Shown here: positions 28,684-37,831 of the stretch, in pieces
Layout of the letters: every line of letters starts with the position of its first letter
Position numbering within the stretch: position 1 is the first letter of the stretch
From: Terriglobia bacterium
Lineage (GTDB): Bacteria > Acidobacteriota > Terriglobia > 20CM-2-55-15
Direction of reading: 5' to 3'
Assembly: GCA_965198225.1 (NCBI GenBank)
Contig: CBDAOY010000009.1
Coordinates: forward strand, 1,234,540 to 1,298,539
DNA: 64,000 bases
Notes under the pieces: generated by a model
Database searches by the model: none
Seen by the model: the letters and a program-made list of their open reading frames with translations, nothing else
What the model was told of the DNA's origin: nothing
Position numbers and translations under genes: made by a program

Positions 28684-29580
28684 TTGAAGAATTCCCGCGG
28701 CTGCCTGTTCGCGATCCTGCTGACCATGTTGACAACCGCAGGTTGTGGCTCAGGTGGAGACACCGCGGACGTTGATCCCACCCCGACTGCACCCGCAGGG
28801 ACTCCGGAAGGCCCGCTGCTTGTTGCGGCCGACGTCGGGTTCGCGCCCCATGCGATGGCAAGGCCGGACGGGACTGCCGAAGGCTTCAACATCGATCTCG
28901 CCGACGAGATCGCCCGCCGACTGGGACGCCCGGGTTACGAAATCGTCGACCAGGAATGGTCGGGGATGTTTGCCGGGCTCAACGCCAACCGATTCGAGTT
29001 CATCATCGCGCCGACGACGATGACGTATGAACGTTCCGAGGAGGTCCTCTTCGTCGAGGGCTACCTCGACACCGACTACACGTTCCTGATCAAGGAGGAC
29101 GCGCCGGAGATCGAGACCTTGGAAGATATCCGGGGTCAGGCGATCGCCGTCAACAACGGTTCGGCCTACGACCTGTGGGCGACCGATAACCAGGAAGAAT
29201 ACGATCTGACCGTCCAGCGTTACGGCAAGAATGCCGATGCCGTCCAGGCCGTCGTGACCGGGCGTGCTTTTGCGAACCTCGCGGGTGAGACCGTCGTCAA
29301 GTGGGCCGCGAAGCAGAGCCCACTGGTCAGGACCACCTACACGATCAAGAGCGGCAGCAAGTTCTCCGCCGCCTTCCGCCAGCAAGACGTCGAATACCGC
29401 AACCGGGTCGAAGGGATCATGGAGTGCATGAAGATCGACGGCACGATGGCGCGCCTCCACGAGGAGTGGTTCGGTGACGCACCGATCGAAGGAGCCGCGG
29501 CGATCACACCTCTGGAAGGCTACGGCGAACCCGAGATGAAAGGCTACGATCCCACCCCGCACCCCTCCGCCTGCAACTGA
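28684..29580 (+). CDS. Polar amino-acid ABC transporter substrate-binding lipoprotein
   Basis: TTG at 28684 after AGGAG; lipobox TAGC; GFNIDLADEIARRLG, WSGMFAGL, DGTMARLHEEWFG. Confidence 0.9.
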   Translation: MKNSRGCLFAILLTMLTTAGCGSGGDTADVDPTPTAPAGTPEGPLLVAADVGFAPHAMARPDGTAEGFNIDLADEIARRLGRPGYEIVDQEWSGMFAGLNANRFEFIIAPTTMTYERSEEVLFVEGYLDTDYTFLIKEDAPEIETLEDIRGQAIAVNNGSAYDLWATDNQEEYDLTVQRYGKNADAVQAVVTGRAFANLAGETVVKWAAKQSPLVRTTYTIKSGSKFSAAFRQQDVEYRNRVEGIMECMKIDGTMARLHEEWFGDAPIEGAAAITPLEGYGEPEMKGYDPTPHPSACN

Positions 29581-29618
29581 GCCGTTTAACCACTACCGCG
29601 GGCTGCTAAACTCTCCCA

Positions 29619-30359
29619 ATGCCCGACGTCATCCTGAAGATCGCCGGACTCCGCAAGTCCTTCGGCGATACCGAAGTGCTCAAGGGCATCGACCTGGAGG
29701 TTGCTCGCGAAGAGCTGGTCTTCATCATCGGCCCCTCCGGTTCCGGCAAGAGTACCCTGCTGCGCTGTTGCAATCGTCTGGAAGAGCCGTCCGGCGGTTC
29801 GATTACATTCGACGGATCCGACATCACGGGCCCTGCAGTCGACATCAACGAAATGCGACAGCACATCGGGATGGTCTTCCAGTCCTTCAACCTGTATCCC
29901 CACCTGCCGGCGCTGGCGAATGTGACGCTGGCGTTGCAGAAGGCCGTCGGGCAGGGGAGGGAGGAAGCGGAGGAGCGGGGAAGGGCTGCGCTCGAACGGG
30001 TCGGGCTGGCGGAGAAGGCAGACGCCTATCCGGGCCAGCTTTCCGGAGGCCAGCAGCAGCGCGTCGCAATCGCCCGTGCCCTGGCCCTCGAGCCGCGAAT
30101 CCTGTTGATGGATGAGCCGACGAGCGCGCTCGACCCGGAACTGGTGGGGAGCGTCCTCGATGTGATCCGGGAACTCCGTGCCTCGGGCATGACGATGCTC
30201 GTCGTGAGCCACGAGATGGGGTTCGCGCGCGAAGCTGCCGACCGTGTCGTCTTCATCAACGACGGCGAGATCCTGGAGCAGGGAAAACCGGCCGCCATTT
30301 TCTCGTCGCCGGCGCACGAACGGACCAGAGAGTTTCTGAAACGGGTTCTTTCGGCCTGA
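29619..30359 (+). CDS. Amino-acid ABC transporter ATP-binding protein (GlnQ-like)
   Basis: GPSGSGKST, LSGGQQQRVAIARAL, LMDEPTSALDPEL, SHEMGFA. Confidence 0.96.
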   Translation: MPDVILKIAGLRKSFGDTEVLKGIDLEVAREELVFIIGPSGSGKSTLLRCCNRLEEPSGGSITFDGSDITGPAVDINEMRQHIGMVFQSFNLYPHLPALANVTLALQKAVGQGREEAEERGRAALERVGLAEKADAYPGQLSGGQQQRVAIARALALEPRILLMDEPTSALDPELVGSVLDVIRELRASGMTMLVVSHEMGFAREAADRVVFINDGEILEQGKPAAIFSSPAHERTREFLKRVLSA

Positions 30360-30365
30360 ACACAG

Positions 30366-31028
30366 ATGATCGATACCTTCTTCAACCTGGAAATCATGGC
30401 GCGGGTCCTGCCCTCCATCATCAGCGGACTCTGGATCACGCTGGCGCTTTCGAGCCTGATCATCCTGACCGGCACCATTCTGGGCCTGATCCTGGCCACC
30501 GTGCGAGCGATGCAGAACCGTTTTGTGAACCTGTTCATCATTCTCTTCGTCGACGCCTTCCGGGCGATTCCTCCGCTGGTGATCCTGATCGTCGTCTATT
30601 TCGCCCTGCCGTATGTGGAGCTCAACCTGTCCGGTTTCGTGGCCGCATGGTTGAGTCTGAGCCTCGTCCTGGCGGCATTCTGTGAAGAGATCTTCTGGGC
30701 CAGCATCTTGTCCGTCGACAAGGGTCAGTGGGAGGCCGCCCGGTCGACGGGTTTTTCTTTCCTTCAGACCCTGCAGTACGTCGTCCTGCCACAGGCGATG
30801 CGTCTGGCTCTACCGCCGCTGACCAACAGGGCGATTGCGATCGGAAAGAGTACGGCACTGGCTTCGGTGGTTGCCGTGCCCGAGATCCTGAACCAGGCTT
30901 CGAGCGCCCAGGCGCAGGCGGCCAACCCCTCGCCACTGACGCTGGCAGCGGTCGCGTACCTGGTGATCTTCCTGCCACTGGTCGGCGTGAGCCGGTGGGT
31001 CGAATCCCGCTTTGCGTGGAGGCATTGA
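30366..31028 (+). CDS. Amino-acid ABC transporter permease
   Basis: FRAIPPLV, GQWEAARSTG, VVLPQAMR. Confidence 0.93.
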   Translation: MIDTFFNLEIMARVLPSIISGLWITLALSSLIILTGTILGLILATVRAMQNRFVNLFIILFVDAFRAIPPLVILIVVYFALPYVELNLSGFVAAWLSLSLVLAAFCEEIFWASILSVDKGQWEAARSTGFSFLQTLQYVVLPQAMRLALPPLTNRAIAIGKSTALASVVAVPEILNQASSAQAQAANPSPLTLAAVAYLVIFLPLVGVSRWVESRFAWRH

Positions 31029-31029
31029 C

Positions 31030-31704
31030 GTGGAACGCCTGCTCGACAGCTTCCTGAATCCCGATGTCATGCGGGCGAGCGTGCCGTTTCTCGTCCAGGG
31101 TTTCTGGATGACTGTTCGCCTGTGTGCGCTCGTCATCCCGCTCGGGATACTGGCCGGCCTCGTCCTGGCCACCCTCCACAACCTCCACCACCGCTGGTTG
31201 AACCTGTTCTTGATCTTGTATGTAGATCTTTTCCGGGCATTTCCGCCCCTGGTCCTGCTCGTGTTCGTCTACTATGGCTTGCCCTATCTGGGAATCGAAC
31301 TGTCACCCTTGTGGGCCGTCGTCGTCGCGTTCATGTTGAATACATCGAGCTACTACGGGGAGATCCTGCGAGCGGGGATCGAGAGTGTACCGGAAGGCCA
31401 GTGGGAAGCGGCGCGTTCGACCGGTCTCGGCCGAATTCAGACGATGCGTTATGTGGTGCTACCCCAGGCCGTGCGGACCGTGTTGCCCGACCTGGTCAGC
31501 AACACGCTCGAGGTCGTGAAGCTGACGTCGCTGGCCAGTGTCGTGGCGCTGCCCGAGTTGCTGCGGATGGCGCGCGTCGCGCAGGGGATTACCTTCAACC
31601 CCACGCCGCTCGTATTGGCCGCTGTCATTTACTTTGTCTTGCTGTGGCCGTTCGTACGGTTGTTGAGCCGGATGGAGAGGCGAATGTTTGTCAGCGCGGC
31701 GTGA
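31030..31704 (+). CDS. Amino-acid ABC transporter permease
   Basis: FRAFPPLV, EILRAGIESV..GQWEAARSTG, VVLPQA, KLTSLASVV. Confidence 0.93.
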   Translation: MERLLDSFLNPDVMRASVPFLVQGFWMTVRLCALVIPLGILAGLVLATLHNLHHRWLNLFLILYVDLFRAFPPLVLLVFVYYGLPYLGIELSPLWAVVVAFMLNTSSYYGEILRAGIESVPEGQWEAARSTGLGRIQTMRYVVLPQAVRTVLPDLVSNTLEVVKLTSLASVVALPELLRMARVAQGITFNPTPLVLAAVIYFVLLWPFVRLLSRMERRMFVSAA

Positions 31705-31713
31705 GAGTAATAG

Positions 31714-31779
31714 GTGTAGGTGCGGTCTATGACCGCACAACGAAACGGCCAACGGCCAACGGCTTACGGACTACAGCGC
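31714..31779. repeat. REP (31714-31738) followed by degenerate heptamer repeats
   Basis: 25-mer REP, then AACGGCC AACGGCC AACGGCT TACGGAC TACAGCG. Confidence 0.75.
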
Positions 31780-31780
31780 C

Positions 31781-32434
31781 ATGAACCCCATCATCGGCAT
31801 CAATCCCAATTCGACGCAGGCCGTGACCGATGGGATGGATCGGGCCCTCGACTCGTTGCGAATGGAGGGTGGTCCCCCGATCGAGTGCGTGACGCTCAAA
31901 GAGGGCCCTCCGGGGATAGAGACCCAGGAGCAAGCGGACGCGGTCGTAGCGCCCATCTGTGAGCTCATCCGGAATCGGCAAGAGGGCGGGAGCGCCTTCG
32001 TCATCGCTTGCTACAGCGATCCAGGCTTACATCAGGCACGCCTCACTACCTCAAGACCCGTCTTAGGCATCGCCGAGTCGGCGATGCTCGTTGCGATGAC
32101 AAAAGGAAATCGATTCGGTGTCATCTCGATCCTGGAAACCTCCATTCCCCGCCACCGAGACTACGTGCGCACGTTGGGGCTAGAATCGCGTTCCGCCGGA
32201 GACCGCGCCGTCGGACTCGGTGTCACCGAGCTCTCAGATGAAGACCGCACCTTCGAGCGGATGGTATCGGTCGGCACGCAGCTGAAGGATGGAGACGGCG
32301 CTGACGTTCTGATCATGGGTTGCGCGGGCATGGCGCGCTACAGGTCTGATCTCGAGGAAGCAGTCGGCTTGCCCGTGATCGAACCTACCCAGGCGGCCGT
32401 GACCCTGGCCATCGGCGCGGTACTACTGAACTAG
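31781..32434 (+). CDS. Asp/Glu/hydantoin racemase family protein
   Basis: INPNS, IACYSDPG and MGCAGM (two catalytic Cys), PVLGIAE, PVIEP. Confidence 0.92.
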   Translation: MNPIIGINPNSTQAVTDGMDRALDSLRMEGGPPIECVTLKEGPPGIETQEQADAVVAPICELIRNRQEGGSAFVIACYSDPGLHQARLTTSRPVLGIAESAMLVAMTKGNRFGVISILETSIPRHRDYVRTLGLESRSAGDRAVGLGVTELSDEDRTFERMVSVGTQLKDGDGADVLIMGCAGMARYRSDLEEAVGLPVIEPTQAAVTLAIGAVLLN

Positions 32435-32568
32435 GGCGTGTTAACACATCGGCAGGAGCGGTAGCCGTTTCGATGGACTCGACCATTGTGAAGGTGCATC
32501 CCGACGGCACGGGAGCGTTAAAAAAAACGGTCCGCAAGCGATCGGCAAATCCCGCGGTGGATACTGAA
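32431..32568 (+). mobile_element. IS5-family (IS427-like) transposase remnant
   Basis: CTAG then GGGCGTGTTAACA end-like sequence; MDSTIVKVHPDGTGALKK, an A8 run, then NGPQAIGKSRGG in the shifted frame. Confidence 0.8.
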
Positions 32569-32755
32569 CTAGTGGCCTGTAACGGAGATATCGGTACCAG
32601 CGTTCCGCCGCAACCCTCCGGGCCGATGGGGGTTGGGGTCGATCTCTTTGTCGTTCGTCGTCATGATGAAACCGCATCAATTCCTCCTCTCTCCTCGACC
32701 TCGACTGGCAAGACCCATCGGCGATGGTACCGATCTCTCCGTTACAGGCCACTAG
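32569..32755 (-). mobile_element. CTAG-bounded structured repeat/MITE-like element, copy A (187 bp)
   Basis: 34-bp terminal inverted repeats CTAGTGGCCTGTAACGGAGA(T/G)ATCGGTACCA(G/T)CG; core homologous to 41995-42271 and 55251-55525. Confidence 0.85.
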
Positions 32756-32756
32756 T

Positions 32757-32826
32757 CACGGAGCCACAGAGGCGCAGAGAAAGACATTGCCCACAAATCC
32801 TCCGCGCCTCTGTGCCTCCGTGGTGA
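32757..32826. repeat. Inverted repeat of the 19009-19073 family
   Basis: CACGGAGCCACAGAGGCGCAGAG ... CTCCGCGCCTCTGTGCCTCCGTGG. Confidence 0.7.
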
Positions 32827-32832
32827 TTCTTC

Positions 32833-33771
32833 TTATTCCGTGGGTGGAGTCACCCCGGTCTGTGACGTGATCAGCCCGTAGTGCTCAATCCTGCGGTGCT
32901 TTTCGAAGTTGAAGATGTTTTCCTTGATATCCCGACCCAGATCCAGGTCGCAGTTGTAGGTGATGACTTCGTCGTCTTCGCCGAGCGTCTGCGCGACGAT
33001 TTCTCCGCCTGGCGCGACGATGGAAGTCCCGCCGATCAGGCCGTGGCCGTCCTCGAACCCCGCTTTGGCGGTTGCAACGACCCACGCGCCGTTCTGGTAG
33101 GCGCCGGCCTGCAGCGACAGCAGGTGGTGGAACATCCGCTGGTGAACGGGCTGATGGTGGTGGATGTTGGCGTCCGGTGTGTTGTAGCCGAGGACGACCA
33201 TCTCGACACCCTGCAATCCCATTACGCGGAAGGTCTCGGGCCAGCGCCGGTCGTTGCAGATACACATCCCGATGACACCGTCAAAGGCTCGCCAGACCTG
33301 GAATCCGAGATTGCCGATGTCGAAATAGCGCTTTTCCAGATGCTGGAACGGTTTTTCGGGCAGGTGTTCCGCATGTCCCGGCAGGTGGATCTTTCGATAC
33401 TTCGCGAGGATTTCGCCATCGGTTCCTGCGAGGATTGCCGTGTTGTAACGTCTGATCTCACCTTCTTCTTCCGTCAGTTCAGCGTAGCCCAGGTGGAACC
33501 CGACACCCAGACGCTTCGCCTCGTCGAACAAGGGTTGCGTGGCCGCGTTCGGCATGTCGCGTTCGAAGTAGGAGTCGATCTCGTCCTGGTTCTCCATGAA
33601 ATAGCGGGGGAAGAACGTCGTCAATGCCAGCTCGGGGAAGACCACCAGCCTGCACTCGCTCGCGTGGGCCTCCCGGAGCATAGTGACGAGTCTCTGGACG
33701 ACGTCTTCTCTGGAGTCTGCCTTCTGGATCGGACCCAGTTGAGCGGCGGCAACTTTCAGGTATCTCGACAT
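32833..33771 (-). CDS. N-carbamoyl-D-amino-acid amidohydrolase (nitrilase superfamily)
   Basis: AAAQLGPI, VFPELALTTFFPR, KYRKIHLPGH, FQHLEKRYF, ICNDRRWPE, GYNTP. Confidence 0.93.
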   Translation of the reverse strand: MSRYLKVAAAQLGPIQKADSREDVVQRLVTMLREAHASECRLVVFPELALTTFFPRYFMENQDEIDSYFERDMPNAATQPLFDEAKRLGVGFHLGYAELTEEEGEIRRYNTAILAGTDGEILAKYRKIHLPGHAEHLPEKPFQHLEKRYFDIGNLGFQVWRAFDGVIGMCICNDRRWPETFRVMGLQGVEMVVLGYNTPDANIHHHQPVHQRMFHHLLSLQAGAYQNGAWVVATAKAGFEDGHGLIGGTSIVAPGGEIVAQTLGEDDEVITYNCDLDLGRDIKENIFNFEKHRRIEHYGLITSQTGVTPPTE

Positions 33772-33840
33772 GTTTCTCCTCTTTTGCAGAGCCGGCTATG
33801 GAGGACCTCCAGCACTATACGTCGTTCCGACTCGGAGAAA

Positions 33841-33912
33841 GTGCGGTCATAGACCGCACCTACACTTTCTCCGAAATCCTCGCTCAGGTGTAGGTGCGCT
33901 CTATGAGCGCAC
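33841..33912. repeat. Pair of GTAG-family REPs (33841-33865, 33888-33912)
   Basis: One GGTC/GACC variant and one GCTC/GAGC variant. Confidence 0.9.
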
Positions 33913-33959
33913 AGCGTTCCGGTTCGGACAAATGTGTCCTCAGCCGCGCCTCCACTACC

Positions 33960-35423
33960 TTAAAAAACGTCACTCGCCCCAAACCGTTGTGCAAGCTCCT
34001 GAGCGGCGGACCGCTTCCCGGCCGGCCTGGCCGAGTCCGGCCGGCCACAGGCGACGAACTGCCCGCTCCCCCGCTCCACACGCAGCACTCCATCGTCGAC
34101 CACGATACGCCCGCGGCTGATGACCGTCACGGGTACACCTCGAACTTTCCGCCCCTCGTAGGGCGTATAACCGACGTTATCGTGCATCGCCCCGGCTGTT
34201 ATCGTAAAGTCCCGTTCCGGATCCCATATCGCCAGATCGGCGTCGGAACCGACGGCGATGGTGCCTTTTTGGGGGAACATCCCGTACAGCTTTGCGGCGC
34301 GGGTAGCCGTGAGGTCGACAAACCGATGGATGTCGATTCGCCCCTTGCCAACCCCCTCGGAGAACAGCAGTGGCATCCGAACCTCGAGTCCGGGCACACC
34401 GTTAGCGATCTCCTTGAACGACGCGTTCGGGCCGCGCGCCAGTTTTCCGGTTTCATCGAACCGATACGGCGCGTGATCGGACGAAAACACCTGGAACGTC
34501 CCGTCGGCCAGGCCCTTCCACATCGCCTCCTGGGATGCCTTGTCCCGGGGAGGAGGGCTGCAGCAGCACATGGCTCCCCGCATGTCCTCCTGGTCCAGAT
34601 CGTCCGCCGTCAGGAACAGGTATTGAGGGCACGTCTCGCTGTAGATTTTCAGCCCTTTTCGCTGCGCACTGGATATCGCATCCATTGCGTCCGCAGTGGA
34701 AACATGGACGACCAGCAGAGGAACATCGAGCAGCTCGGCCAGGCTGATGGCACGGTGAGTGGCCTCCCCTTCTGCCAGCTTCGCATGGCTGACCGCATGA
34801 AACTTCGGCGCGCGATGTCCGGCATCGATCAGCCGCCCGGCGATCCAGCGAATCATGTCGTGGTTTTCGGCATGCACCATCGTGAGCGCGCCTTGCTGCC
34901 GGGCCAGAGATAGGATCTGCAGCAGCTGGTAGTCGTCCAGACGCAGCGCGTCGTAGGTCATGTAGACCTTGAAGGACGTACAGCCCTGGCTGATGAGCTC
35001 GGGCAGCTCTTCTTCCATCACCTGCTCGGTCGGGTCGGAGACGATCATGTGGAAGGCGTAGTCAATGACGGCTTTTGGCATGGCACAGTCATGATAGTCG
35101 GCGACGACTTGCTTCAGCGACTGGCCCCGATGCTGCGCGGCGAAAGGGATGATCGTCGTCGTACCGCCGAAGGCCGCCGAAACGGTGCCGGAGTAGAAAT
35201 CGTCAGCGCAGGTGATGCCGAAGGAAGAAAGTTGCTCGATGTGGCAGTGGCTGTCGATCCCGCCCGGCAAGATCAGCTTTCCGGAAGCGTCGATCGTCTC
35301 GTTTCCGGAAAGACCGTCTTCGATAGCGGTGATTCGTCCCTCCGAGATACCGATGTCGCTCTCTATGCGCTCGTCGGCGGTGACGATCTCACCGTTCCGA
35401 ATGACCAGGTCGTAGGTCGGCAT
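33960..35423 (-). CDS. hydA: Dihydropyrimidinase / D-hydantoinase
   Basis: PGGIDSHCH, SAAFGGTTT, SFKVYMTY, VHAEN, VVHVS, ETCPQYL, SSDHAP, KGTIAVGSDAD. Confidence 0.94.
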   Translation of the reverse strand: MPTYDLVIRNGEIVTADERIESDIGISEGRITAIEDGLSGNETIDASGKLILPGGIDSHCHIEQLSSFGITCADDFYSGTVSAAFGGTTTIIPFAAQHRGQSLKQVVADYHDCAMPKAVIDYAFHMIVSDPTEQVMEEELPELISQGCTSFKVYMTYDALRLDDYQLLQILSLARQQGALTMVHAENHDMIRWIAGRLIDAGHRAPKFHAVSHAKLAEGEATHRAISLAELLDVPLLVVHVSTADAMDAISSAQRKGLKIYSETCPQYLFLTADDLDQEDMRGAMCCCSPPPRDKASQEAMWKGLADGTFQVFSSDHAPYRFDETGKLARGPNASFKEIANGVPGLEVRMPLLFSEGVGKGRIDIHRFVDLTATRAAKLYGMFPQKGTIAVGSDADLAIWDPERDFTITAGAMHDNVGYTPYEGRKVRGVPVTVISRGRIVVDDGVLRVERGSGQFVACGRPDSARPAGKRSAAQELAQRFGASDVF

Positions 35424-35516
35424 CGTATCAGGTCTCGAGTAACCGCCGGCGCACGTCCTTGCAGTGGGCCTTGTCGAACTTCCTCTTTACCATTGCGATC
35501 ATCCTTCAACTACCGA

Positions 35517-35870
35517 CTAGCGCTCGCGTTGGCTCTGACAGACGATGCACAGGGCTGCTTCGGGTCGGATCTTCAGCCGGGTGTATCCGATCGGCTCTTC
35601 GCATTCCAGGCAGTATCCGTATTCCTCCTTCGAGAAGCGCTGCAGGGCAGCGCTTACCTGTTTCAGCCTTACCTGTGCAGTCTGCCGGTTGGCCCGGGCC
35701 ATGCTCTGCTGCTGCATTGCGTCCATGCGTGAGAGCCTTCCGATGGGTTCGTCGAGGTCGACCGGACGGGTTCCATCCTCTGAGACTTCCAGGACGTGCC
35801 GCAGCTCGTCGCCCAGCGCGGTCAGGGTCTGGCGAAGCTCTTCGGACTGGGGCGGCGTCAATTCCTCCAT
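35517..35870 (-). CDS. TraR/DksA C4-type zinc-finger protein
   Basis: IGRLSRMDAMQQQ, YGYCLECEEPI...RL...PEA.LCIVC. Confidence 0.9.
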   Translation of the reverse strand: MEELTPPQSEELRQTLTALGDELRHVLEVSEDGTRPVDLDEPIGRLSRMDAMQQQSMARANRQTAQVRLKQVSAALQRFSKEEYGYCLECEEPIGYTRLKIRPEAALCIVCQSQRER

Positions 35871-36066
35871 GGATACTCCCTCTGGCGGCTCCGAACGCTC
35901 CGCTCTGGGTTTTCATTCGACCGCGACCGCCGCATTGTCGACGATAACCTGATTGTCCTCAGCCGTTTGCGTCGATTTTCCCCAAGTTTCCGAACCGACT
36001 GACTGATCGGGAAGAAACCCTCCTGACAGTGAACTATCGGACACGGTTTGTCGATAAGAAAGACGT

Positions 36067-37800
36067 ATGATCGGGGAAGTTGTAGCGACGCGGTTAGGCG
36101 ACCTTCTGGTCGAGGCCGAGCTCATTACCGAAGAGCAGATCAAGGAAGCTCTCCGCCACCAGAAGGCCAGCGGAGGTCGTCTCGGCAGTTGTCTCGTCAA
36201 GCTGGGCCATGTGACCGAGCAGGATCTCGCGGCAGTTCTCTCCCGCCAATACGGTGTTCCTGCCATCAACCTCCCGGATTACGACGTCGAAGAAGATGTC
36301 ATCGATCTGTTGACTCCTGAAGCTGCGCACCGATACCAGGTTGTTCCCCTCAGCCGCCAGGGCTACACCCTGTCTCTGGCGATGATCGATCCCATCGACG
36401 TAGTCGCGTTGGACGAACTGCGTTTCATGACGGGCTTCAACATCGAACCGATGATTGCGCCAGAGTCGCAGGTTCGGGAGGCGCTCGGCAACTACTACGG
36501 CAGCGCGCACGACCTTGAGCTCCGGGAGACTCTGGAGAACCTCGACTCGAAGGTGAACGACGATCTCGAGGTCGTGGATGACGAGGAAGAACAGATCGAC
36601 TTGCGCGAACTCGCCCGTGAGTCTGAGGAAACGCCAACCATACAGTTGGTGAACGCGATTCTTCTGAACGCGGTGAAAAGGGGAGCCAGCGACGTCCACA
36701 TCGAGCCTTACGAGCGACTGTTCCGGGTGCGGTTCAGGGTCGACGGTCAGCTGCAGACCGGTCTCAATCCGCCGCTTCGGTTCAAGGATGCGATCATCTC
36801 GCGGCTGAAAATCATGGCGCGGCTCGATATAACCGAGAGGCGCCGAGCGCAGGATGGGCGCATCCGAATCCGTTTGCGACTTGGCGGTGTTCCGAAGGAG
36901 CTCGATTTTCGAGTATCGGTGGTCCCAACTTTGTTCGGCGAGAAGGTCGTGCTGCGCATTCTGGACAGAGAGAACCTGATGTTCGACATGAGCAGGCTCG
37001 GTTTCGAACCTTCTTCCCTGAAGAGTTTCGAAGCCTCGACCAAGAAACCCTTCGGCATGGTCTTGGTAACCGGCCCGACCGGCAGCGGGAAAACGAACAC
37101 GTTGTATTCAGCCCTTTCTCAGGTCAACCGTCCTGACAAGAACATCATGACCGTCGAAGATCCGGTCGAATTCAATCTTCCCGGCATCAACCAGGTCCAG
37201 ATCAACGGAAGCGTCGGATCGAACTTCGCGTCGGTACTTCGCTCGTTCCTGCGGCAGGACCCGGATGTCGTCATGCTCGGCGAGATACGCGACTCCGAAA
37301 CCGCAGAGATGGCGATCAAGGCCGCGTTGACCGGCCATCTGGTGTTGAGCACTCTTCACACCAATGATGCGGCGAGTGCCATGACGCGTCTGATCGACAT
37401 GGGCATCGCGCCATTCCTCGTCGCGACCTCAGTGCATACGGTGTGCGCTCAGCGGCTCGTTCGCCGGCTGTGCACCGAGTGCAAGGAAGAATCGAAACCA
37501 CCCGTTGAAACCCTCATCGATATCGGTTTCAGCCCGGAAGAGGCCGAGACCGTCCGTCCGTACCGGGCGATCGGATGCAGCTCGTGTAACAAGATGGGCT
37601 ACAAGGGTCGCGTTGGGCTCTACGAGGTAATGGAAATCACGGAGGAACTCCGCGAAGCCGCGATGCTTGGAGGAACCGCAATCGATCTGAAGAGAAAGGC
37701 CCTCGAAAACGGGATGATTACGCTGCGTCGTAGCGGTCTGATCAAGGTCAGCCAGGGTCAGGCGAGCATCGAAGACGTGTTGAGAGAAACCGTCGGCTAA
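36067..37800 (+). CDS. pilB: Type IV-A pilus assembly ATPase PilB (GspE family)
   Basis: N-terminal RLGDLLV..(MshEN-like), ASDVHIEPYE, GPTGSGKT, VEDPVE, LRQDPD, TGHLVLSTLHTND, Cys4 zinc motif. Confidence 0.92.
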   Translation: MIGEVVATRLGDLLVEAELITEEQIKEALRHQKASGGRLGSCLVKLGHVTEQDLAAVLSRQYGVPAINLPDYDVEEDVIDLLTPEAAHRYQVVPLSRQGYTLSLAMIDPIDVVALDELRFMTGFNIEPMIAPESQVREALGNYYGSAHDLELRETLENLDSKVNDDLEVVDDEEEQIDLRELARESEETPTIQLVNAILLNAVKRGASDVHIEPYERLFRVRFRVDGQLQTGLNPPLRFKDAIISRLKIMARLDITERRRAQDGRIRIRLRLGGVPKELDFRVSVVPTLFGEKVVLRILDRENLMFDMSRLGFEPSSLKSFEASTKKPFGMVLVTGPTGSGKTNTLYSALSQVNRPDKNIMTVEDPVEFNLPGINQVQINGSVGSNFASVLRSFLRQDPDVVMLGEIRDSETAEMAIKAALTGHLVLSTLHTNDAASAMTRLIDMGIAPFLVATSVHTVCAQRLVRRLCTECKEESKPPVETLIDIGFSPEEAETVRPYRAIGCSSCNKMGYKGRVGLYEVMEITEELREAAMLGGTAIDLKRKALENGMITLRRSGLIKVSQGQASIEDVLRETVG

Positions 37801-37831
37801 GCCCTCTCCCGCCGCTCACCCACCGATCCGA

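Noticed and set aside
32441-32752. Small protein family (ORFs 32441, 41986, 55251 sharing REEELMxFHHDDE-like text)
   Set aside because: The similarity comes from the non-coding repeat; frames are not kept between copies, and changes preserve base pairing rather than codons.
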